Positions 61,901 through 64,000 of a stretch of DNA of 64,000 nucleotides are shown here, piece after piece. The translations under genes were made by a program, and so were the position numbers. Source of the stretch: Laetmonice hystrix (Eukaryota); NCBI GenBank assembly GCA_965235115.1, contig OZ249443.1:18910001-18974000 (forward strand), given 5' to 3'. Under the pieces are notes generated by a model. It saw only the letters and a program-made list of their open reading frames with translations. It was not told the origin of the DNA and searched no databases. Numbering within the stretch: the stretch's first letter is position 1; the number at the start of each line of letters is the position of its first letter.

Positions 61901-64000
61901 CACAATATACTGGACCCTCTCAACGCTAGCTCAACACCTCAGTCTCCCGACACAACACAATATACTGGACCCTCTCAATGCTAGCTCAACACCTCAGTCT
62001 CTCGACACAACACAATATACTGGACCCTCTCAAAGCTAGCTCAACCCATCCGTATCCCAACACAACATGCTAGACCGTTCCACGGCTAGCTCAACACCTC
62101 CATATTCCAACACAACATACTGGACCCTAAAAAGGCTAGCTCAAGACCTCAGTATCACACCACAACACAGGTCAGGTTTTTATTCAACACCAAATGCTTG
62201 CATATGTAAAGGCTCCTTTATTAATGCAATAAGCAACAAAACGAATGCATTTACCACATTAAACCCTTGTGGCATTTAAAGGTGTACTTTAAGCCTGTAA
62301 TAATGACCACCTGGGGAGTGACACAGTATCTATGAGCAGTGCCCAGGTATAACACAAGTACAACTTATGATAGCACACCAGTGAACCCAATTGAAAATCA
62401 GCAACCTCTTTACTCATACACTAATTGATTGAACTAAGCAGCAACTGTAGTCAAGGACAGAGAATACGCTCCTTACCCCGGAGGTAGATTTAACTAATAA
62501 TCAGAGCCACAGCCACAAAAACACAATTTACAGATTGTCCAAGTCTGCAAACACCGAAAAAGATAGTGCAATACGGCACAACATATGATCTAAACAGTAA
62601 TTTTGTTTTCCTGTTTGAAACTTTGAAGCGACATATTTACAACATTTCACTCGACAAGACAATATATAGACATGCGCCACTGGAAGTTGTCAACTGCTAA
62701 TCCCCAACAACATGAACAACAACAACACATCCAGCTCACAAAATTTTCATTCCAGCTCGACTTATTCAACAAAATCTGAAGCTGCTTCAATTCTTTTTAT
62801 AGCACACACTGGGGATTCTGGAGCAGCAGTGCAGAGGGGGTCACTGAGGATGTTGCTATGGTAACAAGTACATTGTGAAGCAAAGGCGTTCATGGAGAGA
62901 AACAGGCCAAGAGGATTGAAGGTAGAGGAAAGGTCAAAGGTCATTTGTGAAACCTGCTGGGAAAAAACTTGGGGTTTTATACATATATACAACAACACCG
63001 ACTTAGGAGCATTGGGATATGCTCAGCCAAAGGTAGGGGTTACGGCAGGGTTTTTACACACATTGCTGGCAGTAATCATGCACACGCGCTTAGACTCGCT
63101 GCATAGACACCCCAAGGTCACTGTAACCTTGATCATTGAAATGAGCTGTGATACATCTGTCATGTTTATTTATTACTTGAACACTAATATTTTCATTTCA
63201 TTACACAGAAATACTTTGTATTCAAATGTTTTGAAAAAGTAGAATAGTATGGAGATAGCTAAGAGAAAATAAACTCTAACTGGGGCAAAACCAGTTTCCT
63301 ACCTCCTTTGTGAATGATGTAGAGAAGGATAATTCGGATCTTGTCGTAGGCAGACACGTTCTGGTCCAACAGGATGGGCACGATGTTGCGCATGTGATCT
63401 TTTATTTTCTCTCCATCAGCGTCAGTTCCCATTGCGAGATCCTGATAAAAGTTTTAGTGAAAGATTTTTTAACAATGTATAGTGAGTACCGGTAGTTCCA
63501 TTTATAATACATGTTGAGTGGAGTAAAAAGGTAAATACGATTTATAGCTATTGCAAAGACTATGCTTGAATTATACACGTCGTGAAAAATAGGAGTCTCT
63601 ATAGGTTTTAGTACTTCTTCATGGTAATAAACGTCACATAAAGAGCAATTATAGCACAATTCTTCGTGGAAAGTAGCCTCAATGAGCAGCTTGGTGCTCC
63701 TATGCTTTACAAAACCTCAGTAAATTAGTGGATAATCCAAATATTATAGCCAATATAATCCCCGTAGAAATAATACTCTTGCCATACCTGTTCTACACGA
63801 CAGAGTTTATCAACATTTCCTTGGTATCTCTTCATACAGTCCTCGGCCAGGTGGAGATGTGTGGAATACTTGCTCAGTTCCTTTTGATACTGTGGCATTT
63901 TCTTAATCATTTGTGAGAGGTCACGCATAGTTCCGCCTTGCTTATCTGTTGCTTTCAGCACCCTTTTGGCATCCACAAATTCCTTCAGCTTCTTTGTCAC
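58952..64000 (-). CDS. STXBP1: Sec1/Munc18 protein Munc18-1/unc-18/Rop, C-terminal part (5' end outside window)
   Basis: Exons 63788->64000, 63303-63441, 60532-60641, 60206-60319, 59817-59902, 59204-59358, 58952-59013. Peptides [80 protein letters not shown]. Confidence 0.97.
60644..62170. repeat. 55-bp minisatellite (~28 units, some 42-bp deletion variants) in a STXBP1 intron
   Basis: Unit acacaacacaatatactggaccctctcaacgctagctcaacacctcagtctcccg; directly adjacent copies with no unique spacers. Confidence 0.97.
62852..62943. promoter_or_regulatory. Candidate intronic enhancer: RFX X-box plus DR1
   Basis: GTTGCTATGGTAAC at 62852-62865; AGGTCA-A-AGGTCA at 62931-62943; motif match only. Confidence 0.35.

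Noticed and set aside
60644-62170. CRISPR array
   Set aside because: Units are directly adjacent with no unique spacers; eukaryotic intron; no cas genes.

Overview
Gene-dense, intron-rich animal genomic DNA (AT-rich introns, GT-AG splicing). It is not prokaryotic and contains no CRISPR array. The species cannot be determined, but the repeats and gene content fit a marine invertebrate. Nine protein-coding genes were reconstructed exon by exon: KIF14-like (+, 3' part), RPL35 (-), ARPC5 (+, with a U12-type intron), GOLGA1/golgin-97 (-), FKBPL-like (+, single coding exon), MED22 (-), SSNA1 (+), RBM18 (-) and STXBP1/Munc18 (-, 3' part). Six of them form three head-to-head pairs. Most striking is the 5.5-kb second intron of RPL35. 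It holds a tandemly amplified cluster of box C/D snoRNAs: seven intact SNORD110-like copies, several decayed copies, and two copies of a second double-guide snoRNA. Gene order RPL35-ARPC5-GOLGA1 matches human 9q33.3 as I recall it, and the other genes map to 9q33-34, 6p21.3 and 1q, the MHC paralogon. Many non-autonomous DNA transposons have readable TIRs and TSDs (MULE-like, hAT-like with 6-bp TSD, Kolobok-like, P-like, Harbinger-like), including a multi-layer nest. A 55-bp minisatellite supplies a STXBP1 splice acceptor. Homology calls come from recalled protein and RNA sequences; no database search was run.
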